IMG/VR virus record: IMGVR_UViG_3300034008_000051
Location: 1 to 44,285 of that record
From: a virus
Taxonomy: Duplodnaviria; Caudoviricetes
Reading direction: 5' to 3' (one strand)
DNA length: 44,285 nt
Under the pieces are notes generated by a model. It worked only from the letters and a program-made list of their open reading frames with translations, was not told the origin of the DNA and made no database searches. This document shows positions 35,439 through 44,030 of this stretch, in pieces (position 1 is the stretch's first letter; each line of letters begins with the position of its first letter). Both the position numbers and the translations under genes were made by a program.

Positions 35439-35524
35439 GTCGTGGTGTAGGGGCAGTAGGTGCAGGTCAGAGAGCCAGCGTCGTGTCGGCATCGGTGCCC
35501 GAAGAGCCAGCATCTGATGCTCAT
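35429..35524 (-). CDS. 31-aa Cys/His-rich peptide (DUF1660-like)
   Basis: MSIRCWLFGHRC...CTYC; ATGA-coupled to the upstream gene. Confidence 0.5.
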   Translation of the reverse strand: MSIRCWLFGHRCRHDAGSLTCTYCPYTTTKQ

Positions 35525-35664
35525 GCTGCCTCGCTTCTAGTGCCGTCGATCCACTCGACCGGGACGTACCACTTACCGTTTATGTATTCTTTGTGGGCGA
35601 GAAGCTTTAAAATTTTATCACTGGCGTCGCTGCTTTCTGGGGAGGGGGTGGGGTTGTCAGTCAT
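35521..35664 (-). CDS. 47-aa hypothetical protein
   Basis: MTDNPTPS...YINGKWYVPVEWI; coupled at both ends. Confidence 0.55.
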   Translation of the reverse strand: MTDNPTPSPESSDASDKILKLLAHKEYINGKWYVPVEWIDGTRSEAA

Positions 35665-36133
35665 TATTCCCCCTCCCCCGTGGCTCCGGGACTGACAGGC
35701 GGTTACGTTCGGCTTCTACGGCAGAGAAGTTGATGTACCGCTGCCAAGTCCCATCAACGTCAACATCCTCGGAGTGTGTCTCGATGAGCCGTGTAAGCAC
35801 CCGCCGTACCTCGCTGGCGGCGTAAGCTTGGATAGCCGGTAACTGCTCATCTACTGCTCTGCCGCAAGCCTGTGCATCGTCAAGCATAGTTTTACTTTGG
35901 CGGGCATCATGACAGAGTTGTACCAACGGTTTGATTAATGCCATGCGCAGAATCATGTCGTTCTGTAACTCCGCCTCCCCTGCCGCCTCTGGTACGGGTT
36001 CGGCGGCCGGTTCGCTCAGGAGTTGCTTGAGGGCGGTGCGGGCTTCGTCTTTGCAATGCAAGTCTCCGGTGAGTAAACCAGCATGTAGTTTTTCGATTAT
36101 CCGATCTATAGCACTATCAATAGGGTCGCTCAT
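35657..36133 (-). CDS. Hypothetical protein
   Basis: Member of a translationally coupled operon. Confidence 0.7.
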   Translation of the reverse strand: MSDPIDSAIDRIIEKLHAGLLTGDLHCKDEARTALKQLLSEPAAEPVPEAAGEAELQNDMILRMALIKPLVQLCHDARQSKTMLDDAQACGRAVDEQLPAIQAYAASEVRRVLTRLIETHSEDVDVDGTWQRYINFSAVEAERNRLSVPEPRGRGNND

Positions 36134-36336
36134 AGCTTCGGCTCCAATTCTTCGGGCATAGGTTCAATGGTAATGACTGCATCTTTAGCGAAAGCCGACA
36201 GTTGGAGTTCTAGAGCTCCCTCGTCATCATTCCAGTCTTTCAGTGGCATGGGTGTAGCTTCACCTTCGTGTGCTGTCAGCCAAACGTAAAATCTGCTCAT
36301 GCTCTCCTCGCTTCCTTGTATGTAGTTAATGCTCAC
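36130..36336 (-). CDS. Hypothetical protein
   Basis: Member of a translationally coupled operon. Confidence 0.6.
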   Translation of the reverse strand: MSINYIQGSEESMSRFYVWLTAHEGEATPMPLKDWNDDEGALELQLSAFAKDAVITIEPMPEELEPKL

Positions 36337-36550
36337 CCAACCGCTCGGACTCGATCGTGTTCAACACATACGAACGGGTCACGAGATAGCGGCCATCCGG
36401 CACGGTGTGCTGCCTGACGGACGAGGCGATCCGGTCGAGCATCTGGTTGGTGCTGGTGATGTGCCAGTCCAGCAGCGTCTCGATCAGCTGTGTCTGGTCT
36501 GCAGCAGACATGTCACGGACGAGCTTGGTGACGGCCAGACGGTCGGTCAT
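36326..36550 (-). CDS. Hypothetical protein
   Basis: Member of a translationally coupled operon. Confidence 0.65.
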   Translation of the reverse strand: MTDRLAVTKLVRDMSAADQTQLIETLLDWHITSTNQMLDRIASSVRQHTVPDGRYLVTRSYVLNTIESERLGEH

Positions 36551-36732
36551 GATTTGTTCTCATTGACACAGTTTGAGCACTCTGCCGGTTCAATCAATTT
36601 CGTGAGTGCGATATGTCCACCCATAAAATTTCCTAATGCTACTAATCCTTGAGCATGTTTATCACAAGCATCGACCGGACCACTAGGCCAGTGAACCGTG
36701 CATGTCGCTGGATATTTGATAGTTGTACTCAT
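36547..36732 (-). CDS. Small Zn-finger-like protein
   Basis: C..H and CSNC motifs; first gene after the structured leader. Confidence 0.65.
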   Translation of the reverse strand: MSTTIKYPATCTVHWPSGPVDACDKHAQGLVALGNFMGGHIALTKLIEPAECSNCVNENKS

Positions 36733-36759
36733 TTATTCCATCCACCTGACATGGGTGTC

Positions 36760-37227
36760 TCCTGGTTCGTTACGACTTGTCTGCTGAAGCCTGCTGGCCG
36801 GTCGGCGGATGGAGGACACACCGATCGGCCAGCACGGTCTAGCAGGATTTGAGCAGGCTGTCCGCACCAAAAGGGGGTGGGCACCGCTTGGTGCGGACAG
36901 CGCTGGCAGTATTCCCAGCCTTCTTCGGCCGATGAATGGATCTCTCCTACTACCAGGACGCGCAGCAAGCAGGGTCTAGCACTGGGAGGGTTCTAGAGAT
37001 ACTTGCTGCGCTGTTACCTCTGCGAGCCAGCACTAATCCAATTATTGATGATAGTTGATATTAGTTCTCGCAGAGACTGTCTACTGCTCAAATTCTCAAG
37101 GTGCTGCTAATCATGTCGATACCTTCGCCAAGCTCCCGGTGTGGTTGCCATGCGGGCGTTCGTCGTTACGTCTTGCGCGCAACCTAGCTCGCCGTAGTCG
37201 TGACTATTGGCTGTCTGGCATCGACAT
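36760..37227 (-). ncRNA. Candidate structured leader or ncRNA, about 470-480 nt
   Basis: Stems 36760-66/36952-58, 36792-805/36821-34, 36857-70/36888-901, 36960-69/37002-11, 37018-26/37067-75, 37113-20/37220-27; starts right after a predicted minus-strand promoter. Confidence 0.5.
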
Positions 37228-37231
37228 AATC

Positions 37232-37298
37232 AGCATGCGCTTATCGACCGATATCGTCAATACTATTCTTGCTGTTTGGCGGCTATTCCTGTGGATAA
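37232..37298 (-). promoter_or_regulatory. DnaA box plus sigma70-type promoter
   Basis: Minus strand: TTATCCACA(37298-37290)...AATAGTA-TTGACG(37260-37255)-17-CATGCT(37237-37232). Confidence 0.65.
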
Positions 37299-37302
37299 CT
37301 CG

Positions 37303-37668
37303 TCAGTCATCGCTGTCTTCGTCATCGCAGACCACACGCTTCAGCCAGAAGGCGACGTTACGACCGCCGTTGTCCTCTATGGCGACCTCGAACTCGAGCG
37401 GCTCGATCGGCGGGTCGTCGGTCAGGATGGCGTCCACCGTTGACCGCATGGACGGGTAGTCGTCGCTGGCTGCCCATTCCTCTTCAGTCGCGTAGCCGGT
37501 CAACTCGGCTGTGGCCTCAGCCGTAGCCAGTTCGTCGTCGTTCGTGGCGTACTCCCGCATGGTGTCGATCAGGTAGCCGGCGGCGGGGAGCCACCGCTCG
37601 AAGCACTCGACCTGAGCCTCCGAGGGGGAACCCGCGACTGTCCTGCCGGCATGGAAGCGTTCGTTCAT
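37303..37668 (-). CDS. Acidic hypothetical protein
   Basis: 121 aa, ATGA-coupled. Confidence 0.7.
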   Translation of the reverse strand: MNERFHAGRTVAGSPSEAQVECFERWLPAAGYLIDTMREYATNDDELATAEATAELTGYATEEEWAASDDYPSMRSTVDAILTDDPPIEPLEFEVAIEDNGGRNVAFWLKRVVCDDEDSDD

Positions 37669-38069
37669 GCCTCGCTCTCGTCGACCAGTTCCACTTGGCG
37701 GAAGTACGGCTCGTGGACATAGAGCTCGTAGTCCGGGGATTCGACGCTGACGGACCGGTTGGCGTATTCACGGGCGTCGTCCCCGTTCTCAGCCTCGATG
37801 GTGAGTTCAACGTCAACCTGCATGCGGACGTTATAGCGAGGCCGGTACGGCTCTTCGCCCCAACTCCTGAGCACGTCGTTGGCGCCATGCCGGCAGATGG
37901 TGCCGTCTATGATCCTCGCGATGACGGTCTTGCGGACCATGCGGCGATAGCCCTCAAGCTTGGCGATCGCGTTGGCCGCTTCTTCACGGGCTTCCTGGAT
38001 CTGGTCGCGCAGGTGGTTGGGCAGTTGCTCGTCAGCCGTACTGCCGTTCGATGATAGTTCGTAATCCAT
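37665..38069 (-). CDS. Hypothetical protein
   Basis: 134 aa, AGGA ribosome-binding site. Confidence 0.75.
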   Translation of the reverse strand: MDYELSSNGSTADEQLPNHLRDQIQEAREEAANAIAKLEGYRRMVRKTVIARIIDGTICRHGANDVLRSWGEEPYRPRYNVRMQVDVELTIEAENGDDAREYANRSVSVESPDYELYVHEPYFRQVELVDESEA

Positions 38070-38249
38070 GCATGAGATTCCTGCTTAAGTTATAAGTGGA
38101 GCGTGGGGCACATAACGGGTCAGGGAACCCCGACCATATTGGCTCCAGTATTTTGGCCGGCCCCATATTCATTATTGCATATTTCTTGTGCGCAAGAATG
38201 AGCACATTTGTGTTACACAACCTCGACCTCTGTTGATGGCCAGATTGTC

Positions 38250-38278
38250 GTCGTACAATGTATCTTGGACGTTGTCAA
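38250..38278 (-). promoter_or_regulatory. Sigma70-type promoter
   Basis: TAGTAC-TTGACA-17 nt-TACGAC on the minus strand. Confidence 0.5.
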
Positions 38279-38347
38279 GTACTACTGTTGCGACGACTAA
38301 TGCGTTATACTTTCGTACAGATACCCTAATTTCACGGAGCGTATCTT

Positions 38348-38557
38348 GTGCGAAATACTGACCATGAACGCAACCAAAGAATAACTCGTGCTTATCAATC
38401 GTGCGAGTTTACGACTGAGTACATTGCCGAGCGCTACGGCATTACGCCCCGCCGCGTGCAGCAGATTGCCAAGCAGTACGGCATCGTGCGGACACGGGCT
38501 GAGGGCAACCGAGTGGCCACGCCTCTGAAGCGGCAGCGTCGGATCCGGCTCGGCTAG
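38348..38557 (+). CDS. Small HTH DNA-binding protein
   Basis: ERNQRI...TTEYIAERYGITPRRVQQI helix-turn-helix; divergent from the 38069 operon. Confidence 0.75.
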   Translation: MRNTDHERNQRITRAYQSCEFTTEYIAERYGITPRRVQQIAKQYGIVRTRAEGNRVATPLKRQRRIRLG

Positions 38558-38566
38558 CATGCCGTC

Positions 38567-39088
38567 GTGAACTCTGAATGGATCGGTCTGGCCGGCATCA
38601 TCGTCGGTGCTGCCGTAGCGCTCGTCAGCACAGCGCTGTCCCCGAGGGTCACGGCTAGGCAGACCCATAAGCACTGGTTGCGGGACAAGAGGGCCGAGTC
38701 ATACGAGAAGTTCTTCCTCGAGTTGCACGACATACTCACCCGTGAGGGCGTGCAGTACGAGCCGAGGGCCACACCGGAGGCGGTACCACCTGCAACCTCA
38801 GCAGAGTTGGCGGCTCGCATTCAGCGTCTGGGACGAGCGGTCAGTCAGGTGCAGTTGTACGCCTCCACCACGATGCGGACGCTATCGAATGCGGTTGCGG
38901 TCCGCTATGTCGTCCTCGTGTGCAGTACGGAGCCTGACGACCCCAACAATCGTAAGGCGGCATATCAGGAATTTGTCCAAGCCGCGCACATCGTGGACCA
39001 ACAAGTCCGTAAGGAGTTGAACGTCGAGGATCAGGACTCTAGGACTCGGCTGAGCGTCCTGCGCGCAAGATTCGATCGGTCGCGCTGA
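38567..39088 (+). CDS. Membrane-anchored moron protein
   Basis: N-terminal TM (WIGLAGIIVGAAVALVS) then a W.RDKR.ESY..F helical domain. Confidence 0.7.
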   Translation: MNSEWIGLAGIIVGAAVALVSTALSPRVTARQTHKHWLRDKRAESYEKFFLELHDILTREGVQYEPRATPEAVPPATSAELAARIQRLGRAVSQVQLYASTTMRTLSNAVAVRYVVLVCSTEPDDPNNRKAAYQEFVQAAHIVDQQVRKELNVEDQDSRTRLSVLRARFDRSR

Positions 39089-39824
39089 ACACCTGCCTGA
39101 TCGCGACGTCCGCGGGCCGCTCCCGCCGCAGCCAGCCTTGGATATAGCCCCTGCTCTCGCTGGCCTGCTGCTCGGTGAGCACGTCGAGCTCGTGCATGCT
39201 GAGGTACGACGTCGCCTCAGCCTGGAACTCCATGACGCCGCGGTGCGTGCCGTACTCGGCAACCTTGGCTGGTTCGGTGTGGCCCAGCACGATGTGACCG
39301 ATCTCGTGAAACGTCGTCCCGGTTGGGTCAGTCGCTACCGGGTTGAGCGCGAACTCCCGGCCGATTGAGTATCCCTGGGTGTTGCCGTCGAGCAACTGGA
39401 ACGGTACCTGACGGATGTCCAGCGCCTCGAGCGCCACAGGCAGCTTCCAGTCAGGTGTCTCCACAGGCGGGAGCTCGTCACCCTCCGTTTCGCTGACGGT
39501 GAACAAGCACTTGACCGGCTTGAACTTGGTCAGCTTTTTGGGTTCACCCTGGTCGTCGAGCTGGTCCTTGAGCGTGACGGTGATGGGCCGAATGATCTCT
39601 TTGGCCTTGCTGCCACGAAGGACCTGCCGGCCGATGGCCTTCCAGCGCTGGTAGGTGGCCACTGGTTCAAGGACGCCCTGGCTGAGCAGCAGCATTTGGT
39701 TCATGAAGCTGTAGTTGTAAAAACGGTTGTAGGTGTTGCCGACGCTGCCTGGCGCGGTCAACGCAGTTTCGATGAGCTTGCCCCAGTCGATGTCACGGGT
39801 TGTTGATTGTTTCTCAGTGGTCAT
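39039..39824 (-). CDS. ArdC-like ssDNA-binding protein with zincin-like C-terminus
   Basis: FYNYSFMNQML, ATYQRWKAIGRQVLRGSKA, FTVSETEG, HEIGH, EFQAEATSY, SRGYIQGW; start at MTTEKQ after GAGG. Confidence 0.82.
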   Translation of the reverse strand: MTTEKQSTTRDIDWGKLIETALTAPGSVGNTYNRFYNYSFMNQMLLLSQGVLEPVATYQRWKAIGRQVLRGSKAKEIIRPITVTLKDQLDDQGEPKKLTKFKPVKCLFTVSETEGDELPPVETPDWKLPVALEALDIRQVPFQLLDGNTQGYSIGREFALNPVATDPTGTTFHEIGHIVLGHTEPAKVAEYGTHRGVMEFQAEATSYLSMHELDVLTEQQASESRGYIQGWLRRERPADVAIRQVFSATDRILRAGRSAES

Positions 39825-40185
39825 CACCGTCCTCTCTTGTATTAGGTGGTAAATGGAACTCGTCGTTATCAGAACCGTAGGCCGGGTCGAGGCGTTGCTC
39901 CGCGGTCGCCTCGAGCTCACCCTTGTTGTGTATGGACAGGATCGTCCAGGCAAGTCCCAGCAGGTAGCGGTCTGACACAGGCTGGCTGGCGCGAAGCCGG
40001 TCGATGGTGCCCATGCAGATCTGCGCCTGGCGGTTGCCCGAGGCGGCCGCGATGCTCATTGCGGTGCGGTACCGGACGTAGTCATCGGCGTTGCTGACCA
40101 TGAAGCCCTTCAGCCAGCGGTACGCGCTGCGGGCTGCGGGGTGAAACTCGTCCGGTCTGATCTCGGTAGGGTCAGCGCTCATCAC
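39814..40185 (-). CDS. Hypothetical protein
   Basis: Member of a translationally coupled operon. Confidence 0.7.
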   Translation of the reverse strand: MMSADPTEIRPDEFHPAARSAYRWLKGFMVSNADDYVRYRTAMSIAAASGNRQAQICMGTIDRLRASQPVSDRYLLGLAWTILSIHNKGELEATAEQRLDPAYGSDNDEFHLPPNTREDGDDH

Positions 40186-40408
40186 CGTCCTTCTGCGCGT
40201 TGCGCCCTTCGAGCTGTCGCTTCTGAGCTAAGCAAACAGCGTGATAAACGCCGTCGCCGGTCATACTGTGGCCGCACCACCTGCATTCCGGCTGGCCGGC
40301 AGTCGACCTGTGGACAGGGGCGACATTGCGTGTCTCGAAGTTCTTGCCGCCTCTGCCATCCTCTTCAGCAATCATGTCCTGGCGGATCTGATCCTCGTCG
40401 TAGTTCAT
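40172..40408 (-). CDS. Small protein with CxxC...HxxC
   Basis: CRWC...YHAVC. Confidence 0.6.
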   Translation of the reverse strand: MNYDEDQIRQDMIAEEDGRGGKNFETRNVAPVHRSTAGQPECRWCGHSMTGDGVYHAVCLAQKRQLEGRNAQKDGDER

Positions 40409-40920
40409 CTCAACAGCTCCGTCTGGCGCAAGCGTCGGTGCGCCTCGAGCCGCAGATGCATGATGTGGCCATTGACTGAGTCATAGGCTCTCTCACCACG
40501 TAGTGGTTCCAGCATCTCCAGCAACGTGCGGAGGTAGTAGGCGTTGATAGCTTCCCTGGCCTGCTTCAGCTGCGCTGCTCGTTGCTTGAACGGGTTGTCA
40601 CTGTGGCCGACGCGCCTCGCCTGCTTGTACAGCTTTTCAAGGATCTCGGCCGGCGGGTAGTTCTGCGGAGGGGTTTCATCGCAGAAGGGCACCAGGTACA
40701 TGGCGGCGTTGTCGTTGCCGTCCACATGTTTGACGTCTGGCTCCGGTAGCCACCATGACTCCACGCCAGCCTCCTGCAGGGTCTGCCGGATGACCAGCTG
40801 GGCTACGTGGCCCGGCTTGTCCGCGTCCTCGAAGCTCAGGGCATCTACGACGGCCTGGTGGGCAGCTTCGCGCGACTCTGCCTCTACGTCGAAGGCCACC
40901 ACAACTAGGTGCTCCGTCAT
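40405..40920 (-). CDS. Hypothetical protein
   Basis: GGAGG ribosome-binding site; ATGA coupling. Confidence 0.75.
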   Translation of the reverse strand: MTEHLVVVAFDVEAESREAAHQAVVDALSFEDADKPGHVAQLVIRQTLQEAGVESWWLPEPDVKHVDGNDNAAMYLVPFCDETPPQNYPPAEILEKLYKQARRVGHSDNPFKQRAAQLKQAREAINAYYLRTLLEMLEPLRGERAYDSVNGHIMHLRLEAHRRLRQTELLR

Positions 40921-41384
40921 GACACGACCTCCCGCTGCAGAATGCCCTGCTTGAAGAGCTCAATCGCCAGCTTGCAGGCGGCATCTTCGGGGGTGGCCCC
41001 AAGCTGGCGGAACTGTTCGGCAGAACCGCGTTGGTCATAGCTGGCGGACCAGTAGGGCATGAATCCACCGCCATCGTTTGGTAGCGATGTGAGTTTGATG
41101 ATGGTGCGCTTGAACGTCGTCGGGTGCTTGTATTCCCGTGGCAGCTTCCGCAACAGGTAGCCAAGGTCGTAGGCGGGGTACATCTCATAAAGATGCGCGT
41201 CTCCTTCTTCGTAGTCGTACTGCGCGACGAAGCTGTCCCATTGCATTGGCTTGTTGATATGAACAATGCCGGGCACATCCATACGGCTGAACTGCTTGGA
41301 CACAACCCACACGTAGTCCATCTGGTCCTTCCATGCGCTGGCCGCGTGAAGTTCCTGGCACAGCCCAAGTGATGCGACATTCAT
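40917..41384 (-). CDS. Hypothetical phage protein
   Basis: SLGLCQEL...PAYDLGYLLRKLP...TPEDAACKLAIELFKQG pattern; coupled operon member. Confidence 0.75.
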   Translation of the reverse strand: MNVASLGLCQELHAASAWKDQMDYVWVVSKQFSRMDVPGIVHINKPMQWDSFVAQYDYEEGDAHLYEMYPAYDLGYLLRKLPREYKHPTTFKRTIIKLTSLPNDGGGFMPYWSASYDQRGSAEQFRQLGATPEDAACKLAIELFKQGILQREVVS

Positions 41385-41599
41385 GAGCTGATACCTCCGT
41401 GAGGGTCGCAGCCCACGTAGATCGTCGGCTTCGGCCGCTCCGGACCACCGACCCAGCCGGCCACGTATCCCGGTGGCAGGTCGAACTGAGGGGTGTAGTG
41501 AGCAGGAGAGTAGTCGACGCCGTAGCGGTCGCAGAGGCCGTGCAGAGCGGTGTCTTGGGCTTCGGTCAGGCCTTGGCGCTCAGGTGCGTGTTCGCTCAT
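41381..41599 (-). CDS. Hypothetical protein
   Basis: GGAGG ribosome-binding site; ATGA coupling. Confidence 0.7.
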   Translation of the reverse strand: MSEHAPERQGLTEAQDTALHGLCDRYGVDYSPAHYTPQFDLPPGYVAGWVGGPERPKPTIYVGCDPHGGISS

Positions 41600-41931
41600 G
41601 ACCAGGTCCTCCGTTGCTTCAACTGCTTATGTTCAGCCCGCCTGGCCCGAGCACGCTCACGGGCGGCGACCTTTCGATCCTCGTCGTAGATGTCGGTAAC
41701 TTCCTTGACGTTCATACGGACGGTCGCGCCGGTCGCCTTATCGGTGAAGTACACGGTCGGATATGTTGACAGCTGTGGCTTCGCGCCATGGTTGCTGCAG
41801 TAGCTGTTTACAGCGCGCAACTGTCGCTGAGTCCATACCTTCGCAAGGGGTGCCGACTTGGAGTCGCGGGCTGCAGCTGGTGTTTCGCGTGGCCGTTGCC
41901 CATCCGACAGCATGCTTGTCTGATTGCTCAT
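41596..41931 (-). CDS. Hypothetical protein
   Basis: GGAGG ribosome-binding site; ATGA coupling. Confidence 0.7.
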   Translation of the reverse strand: MSNQTSMLSDGQRPRETPAAARDSKSAPLAKVWTQRQLRAVNSYCSNHGAKPQLSTYPTVYFTDKATGATVRMNVKEVTDIYDEDRKVAARERARARRAEHKQLKQRRTWS

Positions 41932-42134
41932 GCCGCGGTACCTCCACCGTCAGGGAACCACCGTGCCAGCGCGTCCCTGACGATCATGACCTCGTCTTGT
42001 GCCTCAGCCAATCGCTGGCTGCACTGCACCTCAAGCAGCTGTAGCTCTTCAAGTGACAGGCGCCCGAGGTTCATAGTGACGCCGTTAATCCGTTCGATCT
42101 GTCTTCTTTCTGGAAAGTAGAATATCTCTGCCAT
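41928..42134 (-). CDS. Hypothetical protein
   Basis: AGGA ribosome-binding site; 68 aa. Confidence 0.7.
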   Translation of the reverse strand: MAEIFYFPERRQIERINGVTMNLGRLSLEELQLLEVQCSQRLAEAQDEVMIVRDALARWFPDGGGTAA

Positions 42135-42149
42135 ACATCTTGGTCCTGC

Positions 42150-42366
42150 TTAGTTAATAATCCCTGTGATCACTCGGGTGATCACTCGGGCGATCAGCTC
42201 GCCTAAGGACACGCTGTAGTCCTCGACCTGGTTTCCGAACTGCGGCCATAAGGCGCAGACGATGACGACGGCCCCAATGAGCCAGCCGGTCCAGGCGAGA
42301 GAGTCGAAGAGTTTGGCGCCGTTGCTCTTTAAGGTCTTCGAAGTCAAGCTTGAAATCATCGAGCAT
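42150..42366 (-). pseudogene. Small membrane gene apparently split by a frameshift near 42280
   Basis: Coupled start MLDDFKL...RLDRL is in one frame; the TM-containing LIGAVVIVCALWPQ...IIN is in another. Confidence 0.4.
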
Positions 42367-42566
42367 TACTCCTGGACCTTCTTAGGGCGGCGGCTGATAC
42401 GTCCGCCTTTGGCGCCCGCTATGCGGGCGCGCTGCCGGTCCGCCGCGAAGCCACCGGTGTGGCCCCTCCTGCCGCCAATGCTGCCAATCTTCGCGTAGTG
42501 GTCTGCGCCGTATTTCCTCTTGAGCGTGATTGCCGCAGCGCGTCCCCCTTCAGTAGTTCCTGCCAT
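42366..42566 (-). CDS. KGG-repeat (general stress/YciG-like) protein
   Basis: HYAKIGSIGGRRGHTGGFAAD..RARIAGAKGGRISRR; AGGAG ribosome-binding site. Confidence 0.85.
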   Translation of the reverse strand: MAGTTEGGRAAAITLKRKYGADHYAKIGSIGGRRGHTGGFAADRQRARIAGAKGGRISRRPKKVQE

Positions 42567-42592
42567 TGATTTGTCTCCTTGTCAAGTTGTAG

Positions 42593-42751
42593 TTAGTTGT
42601 TGGCGCCTCGGCCACAGTCAGGACATCCGCCTGGCTGCCACTTGCGACAGGGGTAGCCGATATCCTCACGCGGACAAGAGCGCACGAGCCTCAGAAGCAG
42701 CCAGGCGACGAATACGGGCACCACGGCGAATAGTAAGACGGTGGCCATCAT
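42593..42751 (-). CDS. 52-aa TM plus Cys-rich peptide
   Basis: MMATVLLFAVVPVFVAWLLL...C...C..CPDC; GGAGG ribosome-binding site. Confidence 0.5.
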   Translation of the reverse strand: MMATVLLFAVVPVFVAWLLLRLVRSCPREDIGYPCRKWQPGGCPDCGRGANN

Positions 42752-42840
42752 GACTCTGCCTCCGGCCAGTCGGGCTCTCGAGGATCAGTAACGTTGAGGA
42801 ACTCGTTGTCTGTTAGGTAGAAGATGTCATATTTGCTCAT
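42748..42840 (-). CDS. 30-aa acidic peptide
   Basis: MSKYDIFYLTD...; ATGA-coupled at both ends. Confidence 0.45.
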   Translation of the reverse strand: MSKYDIFYLTDNEFLNVTDPREPDWPEAES

Positions 42841-43436
42841 GCCTTAACCTTCAACCCTTCCAACACCCTGTTGGCCTCTGACTCGGTCATCTTGTGCGGA
42901 TCGACCACGTCAAAGCTGTCACGCATGATGTCGGCCATGTCTTCGTCGAGGATGTCTTGCTTACGCATCTCGTCCACTATGGTGCGGATCTGTAGCTTGG
43001 TTGCAGGAGCAGGGGCCGAGCCGACAGACGGTCTGTTCAACCGCGTGCCGGTGCCTATGCCGCTTTCCAGCTCTTCCTTGGTCCAGAGATCCAGTGCCAC
43101 GCCGAAGCGCATTGCAGCGTTGCGGAGGGCGTCACCGATCAGCTCCTTGATGCTGCTGCTTCCATCGCCGTAGCCGAGCCTAGTGACGCCGTGGATAGTG
43201 AGTTTGATCCAGAGGTTGCCCTTGCTGTCGAGCCGAGGCAGGGAGTTCTCATCCACAGATAGTGGCTCCCAATCCCAGTTCTCAGGGCCAGCGACGGTGT
43301 TTAAGCGATCCGTGACGGCCGCGTGGCCCACGTACTTGAGCTTGGCGCCGCCTCGACTCATCTCACCGATGGCCTCCGGTGGGAACGGCTTACGCAGCTC
43401 GTCCCAGATACTTGTGGTGTCCTTCTTGTCTGTCAT
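42837..43436 (-). CDS. Rad52/Rad22-family (Sak-like) ssDNA annealing protein
   Basis: LRKPFP...LKYVGHAAVTDRLN...W...KELIGDALRNAAMRFGVALDLW. Confidence 0.85.
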   Translation of the reverse strand: MTDKKDTTSIWDELRKPFPPEAIGEMSRGGAKLKYVGHAAVTDRLNTVAGPENWDWEPLSVDENSLPRLDSKGNLWIKLTIHGVTRLGYGDGSSSIKELIGDALRNAAMRFGVALDLWTKEELESGIGTGTRLNRPSVGSAPAPATKLQIRTIVDEMRKQDILDEDMADIMRDSFDVVDPHKMTESEANRVLEGLKVKA

Positions 43437-43460
43437 ATCGTTGTGCCTGTATTACGGTTG

Positions 43461-43991
43461 CTAAAAGAGAAGTCCGATCATGAACCCCAGTACGAGGACG
43501 CCGGCGCCTTGCCAGAGTCCGATATGCTTGCCCTTCTGGTCCTCTTCGCCCGCCGCGTACCCTGACTGGTAGCCGAAGTCGTAGCTCTTCATCGTCAGCG
43601 ACGTTGAGGCAGGGGCTGGGGGAGTGGAAGTGTCGAGGTCGGCCAACCACTCCGTACTATCCGTGGCATCATGAGGAATGTCGACTTCCCGCAACCGTTC
43701 TACTGACTCTTCTGTGAGTCGGAGTTTACCGGCTTCCGGATCGTCGGCATCAACTGTTCGTACTTCGAGTACAGTTGTCTCAGTTCCGGGCTTGTCCGCA
43801 GGCACAGCGTCATGACTATCGTCGCCATGCTTATCTTCCGGCCGGCTAGTTCGCTTTGCTGGCTTGCGTACTCGCGCAGTGCGAGGTTGAATGGTAAGCT
43901 TACCTTCCAGGTCACCGCCACCAGTTTGGCGCCCCACCGCTTGTTGGGCAGAAGCCACTTGGGGTTTGGCATCTAGTGTTCCTTTCGTCAT
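43461..43991 (-). CDS. Low-complexity protein with C-terminal TM anchor
   Basis: AGGAG ribosome-binding site; first gene after the leftward promoter. Confidence 0.7.
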   Translation of the reverse strand: MTKGTLDAKPQVASAQQAVGRQTGGGDLEGKLTIQPRTARVRKPAKRTSRPEDKHGDDSHDAVPADKPGTETTVLEVRTVDADDPEAGKLRLTEESVERLREVDIPHDATDSTEWLADLDTSTPPAPASTSLTMKSYDFGYQSGYAAGEEDQKGKHIGLWQGAGVLVLGFMIGLLF

Positions 43992-44030
43992 ATAGTTGAT
44001 GTACTCCTGTGTCGTTAGTTAACAATCATC

